Counted from the first letter of the stretch, positions 9,597 to 19,713 are shown. The stretch: DNA of 64,000 bases from Minisyncoccota bacterium (GCA_041663005.1 JBAZRK010000002.1:64740-128739); one strand, 5' to 3'. Notes: generated by a model not told the origin, from the sequence alone. Made by a program: numbers and translations.

Positions 9597-10317
9597 CCCC
9601 GAGGGTTCCCCTCGGGGGTTTGTGCTATAATGGAGTTATGGAAAGAAAAGCAAAATTTGAACTGGGAGAATTTTACCACGTTTATAATCGCGGTGTAGAG
9701 AAAAGGGTTATATTTAAGGGCAATCGCGACTATGATAGATTTCTGGTTTTACTGTACATTGCGAATAGCAACGAGGCCTTGCACATAAACGACTATGGGC
9801 CACTCCGTTCAATCAAGGATATTTTCCAAAAAGATCGCGGTAAACCTTTGGTGGCGATAGGAGCATATTGTCTAATGCCCAACCATTTTCATCTGCTACT
9901 TACTCCCCTGGTAGAAAATGGCATATCTAAGTTCATGCTCAAGCTTCAAACAGGCTACTCAATGTATTTTAATAAAAAGAATGATCGTGTGGGCGCTCTC
10001 TTTCAAGGAGTTTTTAAATCCCAACACATAGATAACGACAGATTTTTAAGATATATTTACGCTTATTTACATTTAAATCAGGCTAAGTTGAAAAATTCAG
10101 AATGGAAAAAACAACCTAAAAAATTTTTAAAAGAGTTAAAGAAATTCATTTCTGAGTACCCCTACTCAAGTTTACAAGAATATATATCTGGCGATTATAA
10201 AATCATAAATCCCAAACCTTTTCCGGTAAGTAGAAAATATATCCGTGATTATCGAAGTATGGTAGACGACTTTAGCGAAGAACCGCTTTCTCCCCGAGGG
10301 GAACCCTCGGGGGCTAA
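9597..10317 (+). mobile_element. IS200/IS605-like or REP-associated (RayT-like) unit. A Y1-transposase gene is bracketed by near-identical REP-like hairpins
   Basis: Hairpin ccccgagggttcccctcggggg at 9597-9619, and its inverted copy ccccgaggggaaccctcggggg at 10296-10317 inside the C-terminal coding end. A TGcTATAAT promoter and GGAG lie before the ATG at 9638. Confidence 0.5.
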
Positions 10318-10324
10318 GAATTAA
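9638..10324 (+). CDS. Y1 (HUH) tyrosine transposase, IS200-like/RayT-like
   Basis: Motifs YHVYNRG, CLMPNHFHLLL (HuH) and YIYAYLHLNQ (catalytic Tyr region), matching the Transposase_17 pattern. The track start 9584 is a GTG lying inside the hairpin, so the ATG at 9638 is preferred. Confidence 0.75.
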   Translation: MERKAKFELGEFYHVYNRGVEKRVIFKGNRDYDRFLVLLYIANSNEALHINDYGPLRSIKDIFQKDRGKPLVAIGAYCLMPNHFHLLLTPLVENGISKFMLKLQTGYSMYFNKKNDRVGALFQGVFKSQHIDNDRFLRYIYAYLHLNQAKLKNSEWKKQPKKFLKELKKFISEYPYSSLQEYISGDYKIINPKPFPVSRKYIRDYRSMVDDFSEEPLSPRGEPSGAKN

Positions 10325-11238
10325 ACCCCTAGCGCGTAGGCTAGGAGCGCCATGCGGACGTACATGCCATTTTTGGCCTGTCGGAAATAGCCAGCGCGGG
10401 GATCTTGGTCCACTTCGGTAGCTACTTCAAAAATTCTGGGCATGACGTGGAGAATGACCGATTTTTCTTTCATCTTTGCAAGCGTACTTTTGTCTATGTA
10501 AAAAGATTTCTTAAGGCGTTCATATTCCGCTTCATCGGTAAATCTTTCCTTGAAAACTCGGGCCATGTATAGCACGTCTATCTGGGGCAATACACTATCC
10601 ACTTTTTCCAATTCTTCGAATTTTATGCCGGCAGCTATGAGCTGGTCTTTGTAAATTTGCGGCAAAGCCAGTTCTTTGGGGCCAATAAAATAAAGCGTAA
10701 TATTTTTAAAAAGGCAGAATATCGGCACAAGCGAATGCACGTTGCGCTGATAGCGTAAGTCGGACATGAAGGCAATCTTGAGTCCGTCAATTTTGCCTAA
10801 TTCCTTTTCCATGGAGTACAGGTCATATAGCGCCTGCGTCGGATGTTCATTGTAGCCGTCGCCAGCGTTTATGACCGGAATGCCCGCGACAGCAGCCGCG
10901 CGTTCCGCCGCGCCGTTCTCCGGGTGACGCAAAACCAAGGCATCCGAATAACCGGCGATAATTTTTATTGTATCTTCCAGAGATTCCCCTTTGGACGCGG
11001 AAGATGTCTTCGGGTCCGCCATACTTATGACTCCTGCACCGAGTTTCTGCGCTCCGGATTCAAAGGAAAGACGAGTTCGGGTACTCGTTTCGAAAAAAAC
11101 CGTAGCGATTATTTTTCCGCTTAGCAGTTTGGGTACTTTCCCTTGCGCATCCAGGTCTTGCAGTTCCCTCGCCCTCGCAAATATTTTCTCAAGCAAACCT
11201 CTGTCCGCAAACTGCGCCCCTGTTAGAACGTGGTTCAT
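10321..11238 (-). CDS. pyrB: Aspartate carbamoyltransferase catalytic subunit
   Basis: STRTR carbamoyl-phosphate-binding motif and the HPTQ motif of ATCase. Confidence 0.9.
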   Translation of the reverse strand: MNHVLTGAQFADRGLLEKIFARARELQDLDAQGKVPKLLSGKIIATVFFETSTRTRLSFESGAQKLGAGVISMADPKTSSASKGESLEDTIKIIAGYSDALVLRHPENGAAERAAAVAGIPVINAGDGYNEHPTQALYDLYSMEKELGKIDGLKIAFMSDLRYQRNVHSLVPIFCLFKNITLYFIGPKELALPQIYKDQLIAAGIKFEELEKVDSVLPQIDVLYMARVFKERFTDEAEYERLKKSFYIDKSTLAKMKEKSVILHVMPRIFEVATEVDQDPRAGYFRQAKNGMYVRMALLAYALGV

Positions 11239-11247
11239 ATTTTTTAT

Positions 11248-14200
11248 TTATAAATATTCCTTATAAGATTTTATTTCCAAGTCTTCGACTTTATAACGGG
11301 CTAGCGCTTTAATAAAAGCTCTAGCGAGGTGCAGGTCGGTAAAGAGAGGCACTTGGTTGTCCACCGTTGCGCGACGAATATGGAAACCGTCAGTGAGCAT
11401 TCGGCCGGATTCTCCTTTGGCATCCGGATCGGCAACTTCCCTCTTGCTTAAATTTACCACAAAAGAAACTTTCTTGCCTTCAATGATACTTAGAGCGTTC
11501 GGCATTCCTTCAGACGCTTTACGTACCATCTGACATTGAATCTTCTGCTTGTCGAGGAATTCAGCAGTAGTGTCGGTTGCAAAAATATTGTAGCCTAGGT
11601 CGCGGAGGAGCCCTGCCGCTTCTAAGAATTTAGCCTTATTGACTTCTCCGCCGAGCGACAGAAGCACATTTTTATTTTTGAAGTCAAACTTATTGGTACT
11701 CATAATGGATTTTATGAGCGCTTCGTCATAGTCCTTGCCGAAACACGCCGCTTCTCCAGTAGAAGCCATCTCAACCCGAAGTACTGGGTCCGCCCCCAAG
11801 AGCCTAGCGAAGGAAAATTGCGGAGATTTGACTACCACGCTTTTTGGATACTCCACTCTTTGAGGCTTGGCAATTCCTAAGAAACTTTCAACCGAAACTT
11901 CCGGCAAATTAATATCCATTGCTTTAGAGAGTAGTGGAAACGTTCGGCTCGCGCGCGCATTCACTTCTATCACATATGGTCTATTGTCTTTAACTAAAAA
12001 TTGTATATTGAAGGGCCCTGTAATATTTAACCCTTTAGCTATTTTCTTAGAAATTTCGCGAATTTGAAATTCAGTAGAAGCATAAACTCGCTGGGTTGGG
12101 TACACAATCGTAGCATCTCCAGAGTGCACTCCTGCGTTCTCGACGTGTTCCGAAATAGCGTATACCATCACCTCTCCTTTCTGCGCCACAGCGTCAAATT
12201 CGAGCTCCTTGGCGTTCTCGACATATTTGGAGATTGTCACCGGGTGCTCCGGGGAAAGAACTGCCGCGTTGTTGATAAAATCATGCATCTGTCTTTTGGA
12301 ATAACACACTCGCATCGCCGCACCAGAAAGTACATAGGACGGACGCACTAAGACTGGAAAGCCCTCGATCTCTGCGAATTTTTCGGCATCTAGCTTGGAT
12401 ACGAAACTCTGCCATTTCGGTTGGAGTATCCCGAGTTTATCTAGAAGCGCCGAGAAGGCGTTCCTGTCTTCGGCTCGGTCAATGTCTTCAGCTTTCGTTC
12501 CTAAAATGTGAAAGCCGGTACCGGAAAGCTTTTTTGCCAGGTTGTTCGGGCGCTGTCCGCCGACAGAAATGATTGTGCCTTCGGGTTTTTCAAACATACA
12601 TATGTCGGCAACTGTTTCGAAAGACAAGTTTTCGAAATACAGACGGTTAGACATATCGTAATCCGTTGAAACTGTTTCTGGGTTGCAGTTGATGATGATG
12701 GATTTCTTGCCATATTTGCCAAGCGCCAGCGCCGTGTAAACCGAGGACCAGTCGAACTCCACTGAAGACCCGATGTGATACGGACCGGAACCTAGAACGA
12801 TAATCGCGTTCTTGCCCAAAGGCGCTACGTCGTGATGCGCACCGTGATAAGTCAGGTATAGGTAATTCGTTTTCGCGGGAACTTCTCCGGCTAAAGTATC
12901 GATAGCGAAAACAAACGGAGTCACTCCTAACTTTATACGAATCTTGCGAATTTCGAGTTCTTTTTTACCGCAAAGTTTCGCTATTTTCTTGTCAGAAAAT
13001 CCATTTTGCTTTAAGGCTAACAAGTTTTCTCGGTTTAATATTTTTGTTTTAAGAAACTTTTTTTCAACGTTGATGATATTTTGGATACGATACAAAAACC
13101 AAGGATCAATACCAGTAATTTTATAAATTTGTTCCACAGTTTTTCCGGTTTTGAGTGCCTCCGCAACGGCAAAGACTCGACGTGGAGTCGGCGTTTCAAG
13201 GAATTTATCTGCCTCGGCCTTATTTTGAAAACCATTATCGGTCACACTTTCTTCTGCTCCGCGCGCCATCCTGACAGCTTTCTCGAAAGCTTCTTCGAAG
13301 GTTCGCCCGATGGCCATTACTTCTCCGACAGATTTCATCGCGCTACCTATTCGCTCCGCTGCGCCTACGAATTTCGACAAATCCCATCGCGGCATTTTCA
13401 CTACGATGTAGTCGAGGGCCGGCTCGAAAAAGCTCTGGGTAACTTTCGTAATTTTATTTTCCACTCCTAGTAAACTATGTCCCAACGCCAATTTCGCCGC
13501 TACGTAGGCTAGAGGATACCCTGTGGCCTTCGATGCCAGGGCGCTTGAGCGTGAGAGGCGGGCGTTAACTTCAATCACGTAGTAATCCGGGTCGTCGGAC
13601 TTGGGGTTCGGGTTTAAGGCATATTGCACATTGCATTCCCCTACAATTTTTAAACTCTCTACTATTTTAATGCTGGCTTCGCGAAGACGATGATATTCTT
13701 CGTTGTTGAGGGTCTGACTCGGCGCCACAACGATGGAGTCCCCGGTGTGAATACCAAGCGGATCGAGGTTCTCCATATTGCAAACGGTGACAATGTTGCC
13801 GAAGCTATCGCGCACAACTTCATACTCAACTTCTTTAAAGTGGTGGAGATATTTTTCAATCAATACTTGCGGAGACACCGCCAGCGCGCCCTTAACTATT
13901 TCTTCAAGCTCAGTGTTGTTATAAGCGACGCCGGATTTCTGTCCCCCGAGGGCGAAAGCTGCACGCACCATTAACGGGAAGCCGATTCTATCTGCAATCT
14001 CTTTCGCTTGAGTAAAGTTAACAGCCGCCCCGGAGGCCGGTACTGGAATATTGATACCTTTCAAATGGTGAGCAAATTTTTCGCGGTCTTCGGTAAGTTC
14101 AATCGAGGAAATAGGGCTACCTAAAATTTCTGCATTGTATTTTTTGAAAACTCCCTTGTGCGAAAGCGCTACCCCGCAGTTAAGCGCTGTCTGTCCGCCA

Positions 14201-14526
14201 AAAGAAAGCATTATGCCGTCGGGGCGTTCCTTTTTAATGACTTGCTCCACGAAAAAAGGCTCCACCGGCAAGAAATAAACTTCGTCGGCAAAATCTTTCG
14301 AGGTTTGATAAGTGGCGATATTCGGGTTTATCAAAACCACTTTAATCTTTTCTTCTTTCAGGGCTTTAATGGCCTGACTACCGGAATAATCAAATTCCCC
14401 TGCCTCGCCGATTTTGAGCGCCCCCGACCCTAGTATGAGAACTTTTTTAAAAGCCGACGCTTTCGGTCGGCTCCCCGACCTTTGGGAGCGTCGGGGTTTA
14501 TTAGGTTTTTTATTTTCTTTTTGCAT
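11248..14526 (-). CDS. carB: Carbamoyl-phosphate synthase large subunit
   Basis: Duplicated ATP-grasp halves, GEFDYSGSQA near the N-terminus and an MGS-like C-terminus. 1092 aa. The N-terminal extension is encoded by palindromic repeat copy B. Confidence 0.95.
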   Translation of the reverse strand: MQKENKKPNKPRRSQRSGSRPKASAFKKVLILGSGALKIGEAGEFDYSGSQAIKALKEEKIKVVLINPNIATYQTSKDFADEVYFLPVEPFFVEQVIKKERPDGIMLSFGGQTALNCGVALSHKGVFKKYNAEILGSPISSIELTEDREKFAHHLKGINIPVPASGAAVNFTQAKEIADRIGFPLMVRAAFALGGQKSGVAYNNTELEEIVKGALAVSPQVLIEKYLHHFKEVEYEVVRDSFGNIVTVCNMENLDPLGIHTGDSIVVAPSQTLNNEEYHRLREASIKIVESLKIVGECNVQYALNPNPKSDDPDYYVIEVNARLSRSSALASKATGYPLAYVAAKLALGHSLLGVENKITKVTQSFFEPALDYIVVKMPRWDLSKFVGAAERIGSAMKSVGEVMAIGRTFEEAFEKAVRMARGAEESVTDNGFQNKAEADKFLETPTPRRVFAVAEALKTGKTVEQIYKITGIDPWFLYRIQNIINVEKKFLKTKILNRENLLALKQNGFSDKKIAKLCGKKELEIRKIRIKLGVTPFVFAIDTLAGEVPAKTNYLYLTYHGAHHDVAPLGKNAIIVLGSGPYHIGSSVEFDWSSVYTALALGKYGKKSIIINCNPETVSTDYDMSNRLYFENLSFETVADICMFEKPEGTIISVGGQRPNNLAKKLSGTGFHILGTKAEDIDRAEDRNAFSALLDKLGILQPKWQSFVSKLDAEKFAEIEGFPVLVRPSYVLSGAAMRVCYSKRQMHDFINNAAVLSPEHPVTISKYVENAKELEFDAVAQKGEVMVYAISEHVENAGVHSGDATIVYPTQRVYASTEFQIREISKKIAKGLNITGPFNIQFLVKDNRPYVIEVNARASRTFPLLSKAMDINLPEVSVESFLGIAKPQRVEYPKSVVVKSPQFSFARLLGADPVLRVEMASTGEAACFGKDYDEALIKSIMSTNKFDFKNKNVLLSLGGEVNKAKFLEAAGLLRDLGYNIFATDTTAEFLDKQKIQCQMVRKASEGMPNALSIIEGKKVSFVVNLSKREVADPDAKGESGRMLTDGFHIRRATVDNQVPLFTDLHLARAFIKALARYKVEDLEIKSYKEYL
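14453..14496. repeat. Copy B of the double-hairpin palindromic repeat (inside the carB 5' end/N-terminal extension, overlapping the carA-carB junction)
   Basis: gccgacgc-tttc-ggtcggctccccgacc-tttgg-gagcgtcgggg. Confidence 0.6.
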
Positions 14527-15571
14527 ATATTTTGGCTTTTTTTAGAAAATAATCGAATATCCAGTCAGTGTCGAGGGGTCCTGGAGAAGATTCTGGGTGA
14601 AACTGTACTGCCATAAAAGGCAGGCTCGTGTGAATTATCCCTTCGTTCGTGCCATCGTTTCCATTTACGAACCACTCCTTGAAACCTTTTGGGATTTTCT
14701 TTACTGCAAAGCCGTGATTCTGGGTTGAGAGATAACATTTGTTGCTGCCCGCGAGCACCACTGGCTGATTTTGGCTTCTGTGTCCGAATTTCATTTTGTA
14801 GGTAGTACCTCCTAGCGCTAGGGCTAGGATTTGATTGCCTAAGCAAATACCAAGTGTAGGGATTTTCTTGGCGATTATTTTTTTCACATTCTGAATGGTG
14901 GTCTGGGCCATCTTTGGGTCCCCTGGGCCGTTCGAAATTACTACCGCCTTGAATGGAAATTCGAGTCTGGTTACGTCTGTGTCGAGAGGTACCACTGCCA
15001 CCCGGAAACCTCTAGCGGTCAGCCTGCGCACGATGTTCCTTTTCGCCCCACAGTCTATGAGAACGATTGTGTTTTTGCCTTTGCCCTCGAAGCTTACTTT
15101 CTTAACGCTAACTTCTTGCGCCAGATTTCTTAAATTGGGATCTTCGAAAGAGATATTTTTTGTGTTCGTTAAAATTTTTCCTAAAATAGCACCCTCGTCT
15201 CTAATTTTCTGCGTTATCGCCCGCGTATCTTTAATTTCAATAAGAGGCACTCCTTCTTTCTTAAACCACTCCGCTAGGGTTGACTTCATTGCGTAGTGTG
15301 ACGGAGTGTCGACATAGCTCGACACAATGAGCCCAGAGACCTGAATCTTGTCGGACTCCCACAATTCCTTCCTCGGCACGCCGTAGTTACCAACGATCGG
15401 GTAAGTCATAACTAAAATCTGCCCCCGAAAAGAGGGGTCCGTCAGCGCTTCAGGGTAACCTACCATCCCCGTGGCAAAGACCACCTCCCCGGCAATCGAT
15501 TTATCTGCCCCGAAACTCTTACCTTCGAAAGTTGTACCGTCTTTGAGAATAAGTTTTGCTTTTTTGTTCAT
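14510..15571 (-). CDS. carA: Carbamoyl-phosphate synthase small subunit (glutamine amidotransferase)
   Basis: Class I GATase motif GICLGNQILALALGG and a CPSase small-chain N-terminal domain. Confidence 0.9.
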   Translation of the reverse strand: MNKKAKLILKDGTTFEGKSFGADKSIAGEVVFATGMVGYPEALTDPSFRGQILVMTYPIVGNYGVPRKELWESDKIQVSGLIVSSYVDTPSHYAMKSTLAEWFKKEGVPLIEIKDTRAITQKIRDEGAILGKILTNTKNISFEDPNLRNLAQEVSVKKVSFEGKGKNTIVLIDCGAKRNIVRRLTARGFRVAVVPLDTDVTRLEFPFKAVVISNGPGDPKMAQTTIQNVKKIIAKKIPTLGICLGNQILALALGGTTYKMKFGHRSQNQPVVLAGSNKCYLSTQNHGFAVKKIPKGFKEWFVNGNDGTNEGIIHTSLPFMAVQFHPESSPGPLDTDWIFDYFLKKAKIYAKRK

Positions 15572-16825
15572 TTATTTTTTATAAACTTCTTGCCCCTTAC
15601 CGAACTTGTTCTGGTATGGGGTACCTTTAATTATAGTCATCACCACGCTCCCTGGAAAGGTCACTCCTTCGAATGGCGACCAGCCACATTTGGTCTTAAG
15701 CATCTTCTTGTCCACGGTAATACTTTTACTCATATCTAAAATGGTAAGCGACCCCGCATATCCTTCTTCGATTTTGCCAATTTTTTCTCCAGTAAACACA
15801 TCCCAAAACTTGCCCGGGTTTTCTGCACACACTCGCGCTACTTCTTCTCCATTAAAATTATGCTCTTTTATTAGCCAAGTTGCGAAGAGGCCATAAGTAT
15901 CTAGGTGCGGCAATCCTGAAACTCCTTTCGTCTTCTCTTCTCGAGTATGGGGTGCGTGATCTGTGGCGAGGTAGTCGATCTGCCCGCTTTTCAAGGCAGC
16001 AATTAATGCTTTTCTGTTTTCTTCGTCCCGTATTGGTGGGTTTACTTGTAAAATTTTATCTGCATTAGAAAAGTATAAATGGTGCGGGGCAACTTCTACG
16101 GTTACATTTACACCGCGCGCTTTTGCCTCAAGTATTTTTTGCAATCCTTCCCGGGTAGATACGTGGCAAATTTTTCCAAAAATTTTGTATTTTTCAATAA
16201 GTTTAAGCGCGAACTCGATACCTGCCCATTCGGCTTCCGGTGGTCTGCGCAACTCGTGAGTTTTCTCTCCCGTTTTTGCCGCTAGGACTTCCGGGTCTTC
16301 GGCATGAAAGCTCACATATTGGCCTGAATAATTTTTTAGGGTTTCTTCGAGCTCAGTCTTGGTTTCGAAAAACAAATCCCCCACCGACTTACCCATAAAA
16401 ACTTTATACGGTACTTTCCGGGAAAGTGGCTCCGTGCCTCGGCCGATCCCTCCGTACAACAGCACTTCCACCGCGCTTTTTTCTGTAAGTTTCGTTTTGG
16501 CTCCATAGCTTATGTCGTCTTTTGGTGGAATGGGATTATTTGGCATTTCAGCAAAAGCCACTACCCCACCGTTTATTGCCGCCTCGCCTGCGGTTTTGAA
16601 ATCTTCTTTGTAATCTTCGGTATGACTTGCGTCTTCTCGCGCATGAACGTGCAAATCTATGAAACCCGGGAAAATTAATTCCTCGCCAAAAATAAAATCG
16701 GCTTCCCCAGTCGGAGAGCCGATTTTATTTATCATTCCGCTTTGGTCAATTTCTATCCGTCCGCGGAAAACTTTGTTGTTTTTTATAATATTTCCTTCTA
16801 GTGTAAGCATATCTTCATTACGCAC
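15572..16825 (-). CDS. pyrC: Dihydroorotase (multifunctional-type amidohydrolase)
   Basis: Metal-binding DLHVHAREDAS and DHAPH motifs. Sits first in the pyrC-carA-carB-pyrB gene string. Confidence 0.85.
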   Translation of the reverse strand: MRNEDMLTLEGNIIKNNKVFRGRIEIDQSGMINKIGSPTGEADFIFGEELIFPGFIDLHVHAREDASHTEDYKEDFKTAGEAAINGGVVAFAEMPNNPIPPKDDISYGAKTKLTEKSAVEVLLYGGIGRGTEPLSRKVPYKVFMGKSVGDLFFETKTELEETLKNYSGQYVSFHAEDPEVLAAKTGEKTHELRRPPEAEWAGIEFALKLIEKYKIFGKICHVSTREGLQKILEAKARGVNVTVEVAPHHLYFSNADKILQVNPPIRDEENRKALIAALKSGQIDYLATDHAPHTREEKTKGVSGLPHLDTYGLFATWLIKEHNFNGEEVARVCAENPGKFWDVFTGEKIGKIEEGYAGSLTILDMSKSITVDKKMLKTKCGWSPFEGVTFPGSVVMTIIKGTPYQNKFGKGQEVYKK

Positions 16826-16885
16826 ATTGCAGAGTATAGTATCACGTCAAAATTTAAATGCAAGCTTATTAACATACTCCGACAC

Positions 16886-16897
16886 TGAAAATTTTCA
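16886..16897. promoter_or_regulatory. Perfect 12-bp palindrome TGAAAATTTTCA in the divergent pyrC/clpP promoter region
   Basis: Seen directly in the sequence. A TGA-N6-TCA core resembles CRP/FNR-family half-site spacing. Confidence 0.3.
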
Positions 16898-16935
16898 CAC
16901 TTGAAAACGGCTTAGAAAAGAGTATAATTCCATTT

Positions 16936-17541
16936 ATGTTAATACCTACAGTAATAGAGAAAAGTCAGTTTGGCGAAAGGGCTTATGATATTTACTCCCG
17001 ACTCTTGCGCGAACGCATTATATTCCTTGGCGGGCCCATAGACGACCACACTGCCAACATCGTAATAGCCCAGCTTCTCTTCCTCGAATCCGAAGACGCT
17101 AAGAAGGACATTTACCTGTATGTTAACTCTCCGGGCGGTTCTGTAACCTCCACAATGGCTATAGTAGACACGATGAACCACGTCCGCCCTGACGTAGCCA
17201 CTTTCTGCGTAGGTCTCGCTGCTTCCGGCGGAGCTATCATTCTGTCCGCGGGGAAAAAGGGTAAGCGATTTATTCTACCCAACGCTGAAGTTATGATTCA
17301 CCAGCCCCTCGGCGGTGTAGAAGGCCAAGCCTCCGATATTGCCATTACCGCGAAGCACATTTTGAAAACGCGCGACAATTTAAACAAACTCTTAGCGAAA
17401 AATACCGGCAAGTCGCTTGCTCAGATTGAGAAAGACGTAGAGCGCGACTTCTTTATGGATGCCGAAGAAGCGAAAAAATACGGCATCATCGACGAAATAG
17501 TCACCAAGTCCAAGAATCCGGCGAAAAAGCAGGCCGAATAA
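16936..17541 (+). CDS. clpP: ATP-dependent Clp protease proteolytic subunit
   Basis: Typical ClpP sequence ([13 protein letters not shown]...MIHQPLGG). Confidence 0.9.
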   Translation: MLIPTVIEKSQFGERAYDIYSRLLRERIIFLGGPIDDHTANIVIAQLLFLESEDAKKDIYLYVNSPGGSVTSTMAIVDTMNHVRPDVATFCVGLAASGGAIILSAGKKGKRFILPNAEVMIHQPLGGVEGQASDIAITAKHILKTRDNLNKLLAKNTGKSLAQIEKDVERDFFMDAEEAKKYGIIDEIVTKSKNPAKKQAE

Positions 17542-17762
17542 GCTCATCCATTCTCTCCCCTAGACAGGAAGGCACCTTTCTGTTATATTGAATGTGTTCG
17601 AATTTAAATTTTATTTCATTTAATTTAAGTCGTTTTACAGGAATATCCAATATATTATGAAGTTTTCAAGACAAATTATGGGAAGTCAGTTTGAAATCTT
17701 TAATCTAGGGAGGGAAAAATCGCAAATATAGTGGCTCGTTCTTGTAAGCCGGCACAAGGCTT

Positions 17763-19289
17763 ATGAGCATAATAATAATTTTGATAGGAGTCGGGGTACT
17801 CCTTTTGGGCGTTGTGATAGGTTACTACCTGCGCCTTTTAGTAGCACTCGGTAAGCGACGATCCATCGAGCTTGATATCAAGCAGATGATGGTTGGCGCC
17901 AAGGAAGAAGCGCAGAGAATCACGGATGAGGCCAAGAAAAAGTCCGATGAGCTGCTTTCTAATTTAAAAGAAGAAGAGAAAAAGAAAACCGACGAATGGC
18001 GTGACACTGAGAAACGTCTCGTAAAAAAAGACGAATTTTTGGATGCGCGACAAGTAGAAATCAATAAAGAAGCAGAAGACATAAAGTTCAAGGTTGAAGA
18101 AATCAAAAAAGTTCAGGAGAAGATAAATAAAATCGAAGGAGAAAAGATAGCCGAGCTCGAGAGAGTGGCAAAGTTAACGGAAGCAGAAGCCAAGGAAGAA
18201 CTCATTAAGGACGTTGAGAAGAAATACGAAGAGGATTTGGTTGTGCGTCTGCAGAAACTCGAGAACCAGAGCGACGAGAAGCTGGATCGCCGAGCTAAGG
18301 AAATCCTGGCTACTTCTATCCAGCGCCTGGCAGCTTCCACCGCAGCGGAGCTTATGACTACCGTGGTTTCTATCCCTAACAATGAAATCAAGGGTAAGAT
18401 TATCGGTAAAGAAGGCAGGAACATCCGTGCCTTCGAACGCGCCTCCGGCGTTGAGCTCATTGTGGATGATACTCCAGGCTCTATCGTCATATCTTCTTTC
18501 GACCCTATCAGGAGACAGGTGGCCCGCTTTGCCCTTGAGAACTTAATCCTCGACGGACGCATCCAGCCTGCCAAGATTGAAGAGCTAGTAGACAAGGCAA
18601 AAGAAGAAATAAACAAAATCATAAAAGAAAAAGGTGAACAGGCAGTCTACGAGTGCGGAATATTTAACTTCGACCCTCGCATAGTTGCCATCATCGGCCG
18701 TCTATACTTCCGAACCAGCTACGGACAGAACGTGCTCCAGCACTCTACTGAAATGGCTCACATCGCCGGGATGATTGCAGAGGAGTTAGGTGCTGATGTA
18801 CAGATTGCGAAAGCCGGCGCCTTGGTCCACGACATAGGTAAAGCGCTAGACCACGAAGTACAAGGAACTCACGTAGAGATTGGTATGCGCATACTTCAGA
18901 AATTCGGAGCTGACCCTCGCATTGTAACCGCGATGAAGTCGCACCACGAAGATTATCCTTACGAAACTATCGAGTCCATCATAGTCCAGACAGCCGATGC
19001 CATCTCGGGAGGCCGTCCTGGAGCCCGCCGTGACTCTGTAGAGAACTATCTTAAGAGATTGCAGGAGCTTGAAGCTCTGGTAAACACCTTCCCTTCTGTC
19101 GAGAAGTCGTACGCCCTACAGGCTGGGCGTGAAATCCGAATATTCGTTACTCCAGAGAAAATTACCGACGCTGAAGCCAAGCTTATGGCGCGAGATATCG
19201 CAATAAAAATTGAACAAGAATTGAAATATCCAGGTGAAATCAAAGTCACCCTCATCCGCGAAACCAGAATTGTAGAATACGCGAGATAA
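17763..19289 (+). CDS. rny: Ribonuclease Y
   Basis: N-terminal TM and coiled-coil, a KH domain (IGKEGRNIRAFE) and an HD domain (HSTEMAHIAGMIAEELG...VHDIGK). Confidence 0.9.
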   Translation: MSIIIILIGVGVLLLGVVIGYYLRLLVALGKRRSIELDIKQMMVGAKEEAQRITDEAKKKSDELLSNLKEEEKKKTDEWRDTEKRLVKKDEFLDARQVEINKEAEDIKFKVEEIKKVQEKINKIEGEKIAELERVAKLTEAEAKEELIKDVEKKYEEDLVVRLQKLENQSDEKLDRRAKEILATSIQRLAASTAAELMTTVVSIPNNEIKGKIIGKEGRNIRAFERASGVELIVDDTPGSIVISSFDPIRRQVARFALENLILDGRIQPAKIEELVDKAKEEINKIIKEKGEQAVYECGIFNFDPRIVAIIGRLYFRTSYGQNVLQHSTEMAHIAGMIAEELGADVQIAKAGALVHDIGKALDHEVQGTHVEIGMRILQKFGADPRIVTAMKSHHEDYPYETIESIIVQTADAISGGRPGARRDSVENYLKRLQELEALVNTFPSVEKSYALQAGREIRIFVTPEKITDAEAKLMARDIAIKIEQELKYPGEIKVTLIRETRIVEYAR

Positions 19290-19420
19290 AAATCCTTAAC
19301 TTTGAGTTGCTTGCCTTAAAAAACCCTTGATATATAATGTATAGGTAGTAATTATAAGGTTTAAAGGCCGCCGCTAAGCGGGGCGAAGGTCGAGGAAATT
19401 ATTAAATAACTAAACAATAT

Positions 19421-19693
19421 ATGAATAAACAAGCATTAGCAGAATGGGTACATGGAAAGCTGGGCGGCACGAAAGTGCAGGCAGAGGAAGTTGTAGATGG
19501 AATGTTTGACGCTATCATCCAGACCTTGAAAAAGGGTGGTGAAGTATCTATTGCAGGCTTCGGAATCTTTTCCGTTAAGCAACGAGCCGCAAGAATGGCT
19601 CGCAATCCTAAGACTGGCGAGCAAGTTAAGGTTGCTGCGAAGAAAGTTCCTAAATTCCGACCAGCAAAAGGCCTCAAGGACGCTATCAGCTAA
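19421..19693 (+). CDS. hup: DNA-binding protein HU
   Basis: 90 aa. GFGIFSVKQRAARMARNPKTGEQVKVAAKKVPKFRPAKGLKDA is the HU arm signature. Confidence 0.9.
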   Translation: MNKQALAEWVHGKLGGTKVQAEEVVDGMFDAIIQTLKKGGEVSIAGFGIFSVKQRAARMARNPKTGEQVKVAAKKVPKFRPAKGLKDAIS

Positions 19694-19713
19694 ATTTTTA
19701 TCTCGAGATAAAA

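Noticed and set aside
11867-14433. Multiple 60-130-aa ORFs antisense to carB (e.g. 12064-12351, 13081-13470, 13690-13974, 14158-14433)
   Set aside because: They are entirely embedded opposite a highly conserved 1092-aa carB gene and show no motifs. These are typical shadow ORFs.
10321-16825. Pyrimidine gene string pyrC-carA-carB-pyrB flagged as unusual
   Set aside because: This is an ordinary biosynthetic operon. It would only be noteworthy if the organism is confirmed as a reduced-genome lineage that normally lacks it, which cannot be established from this window.
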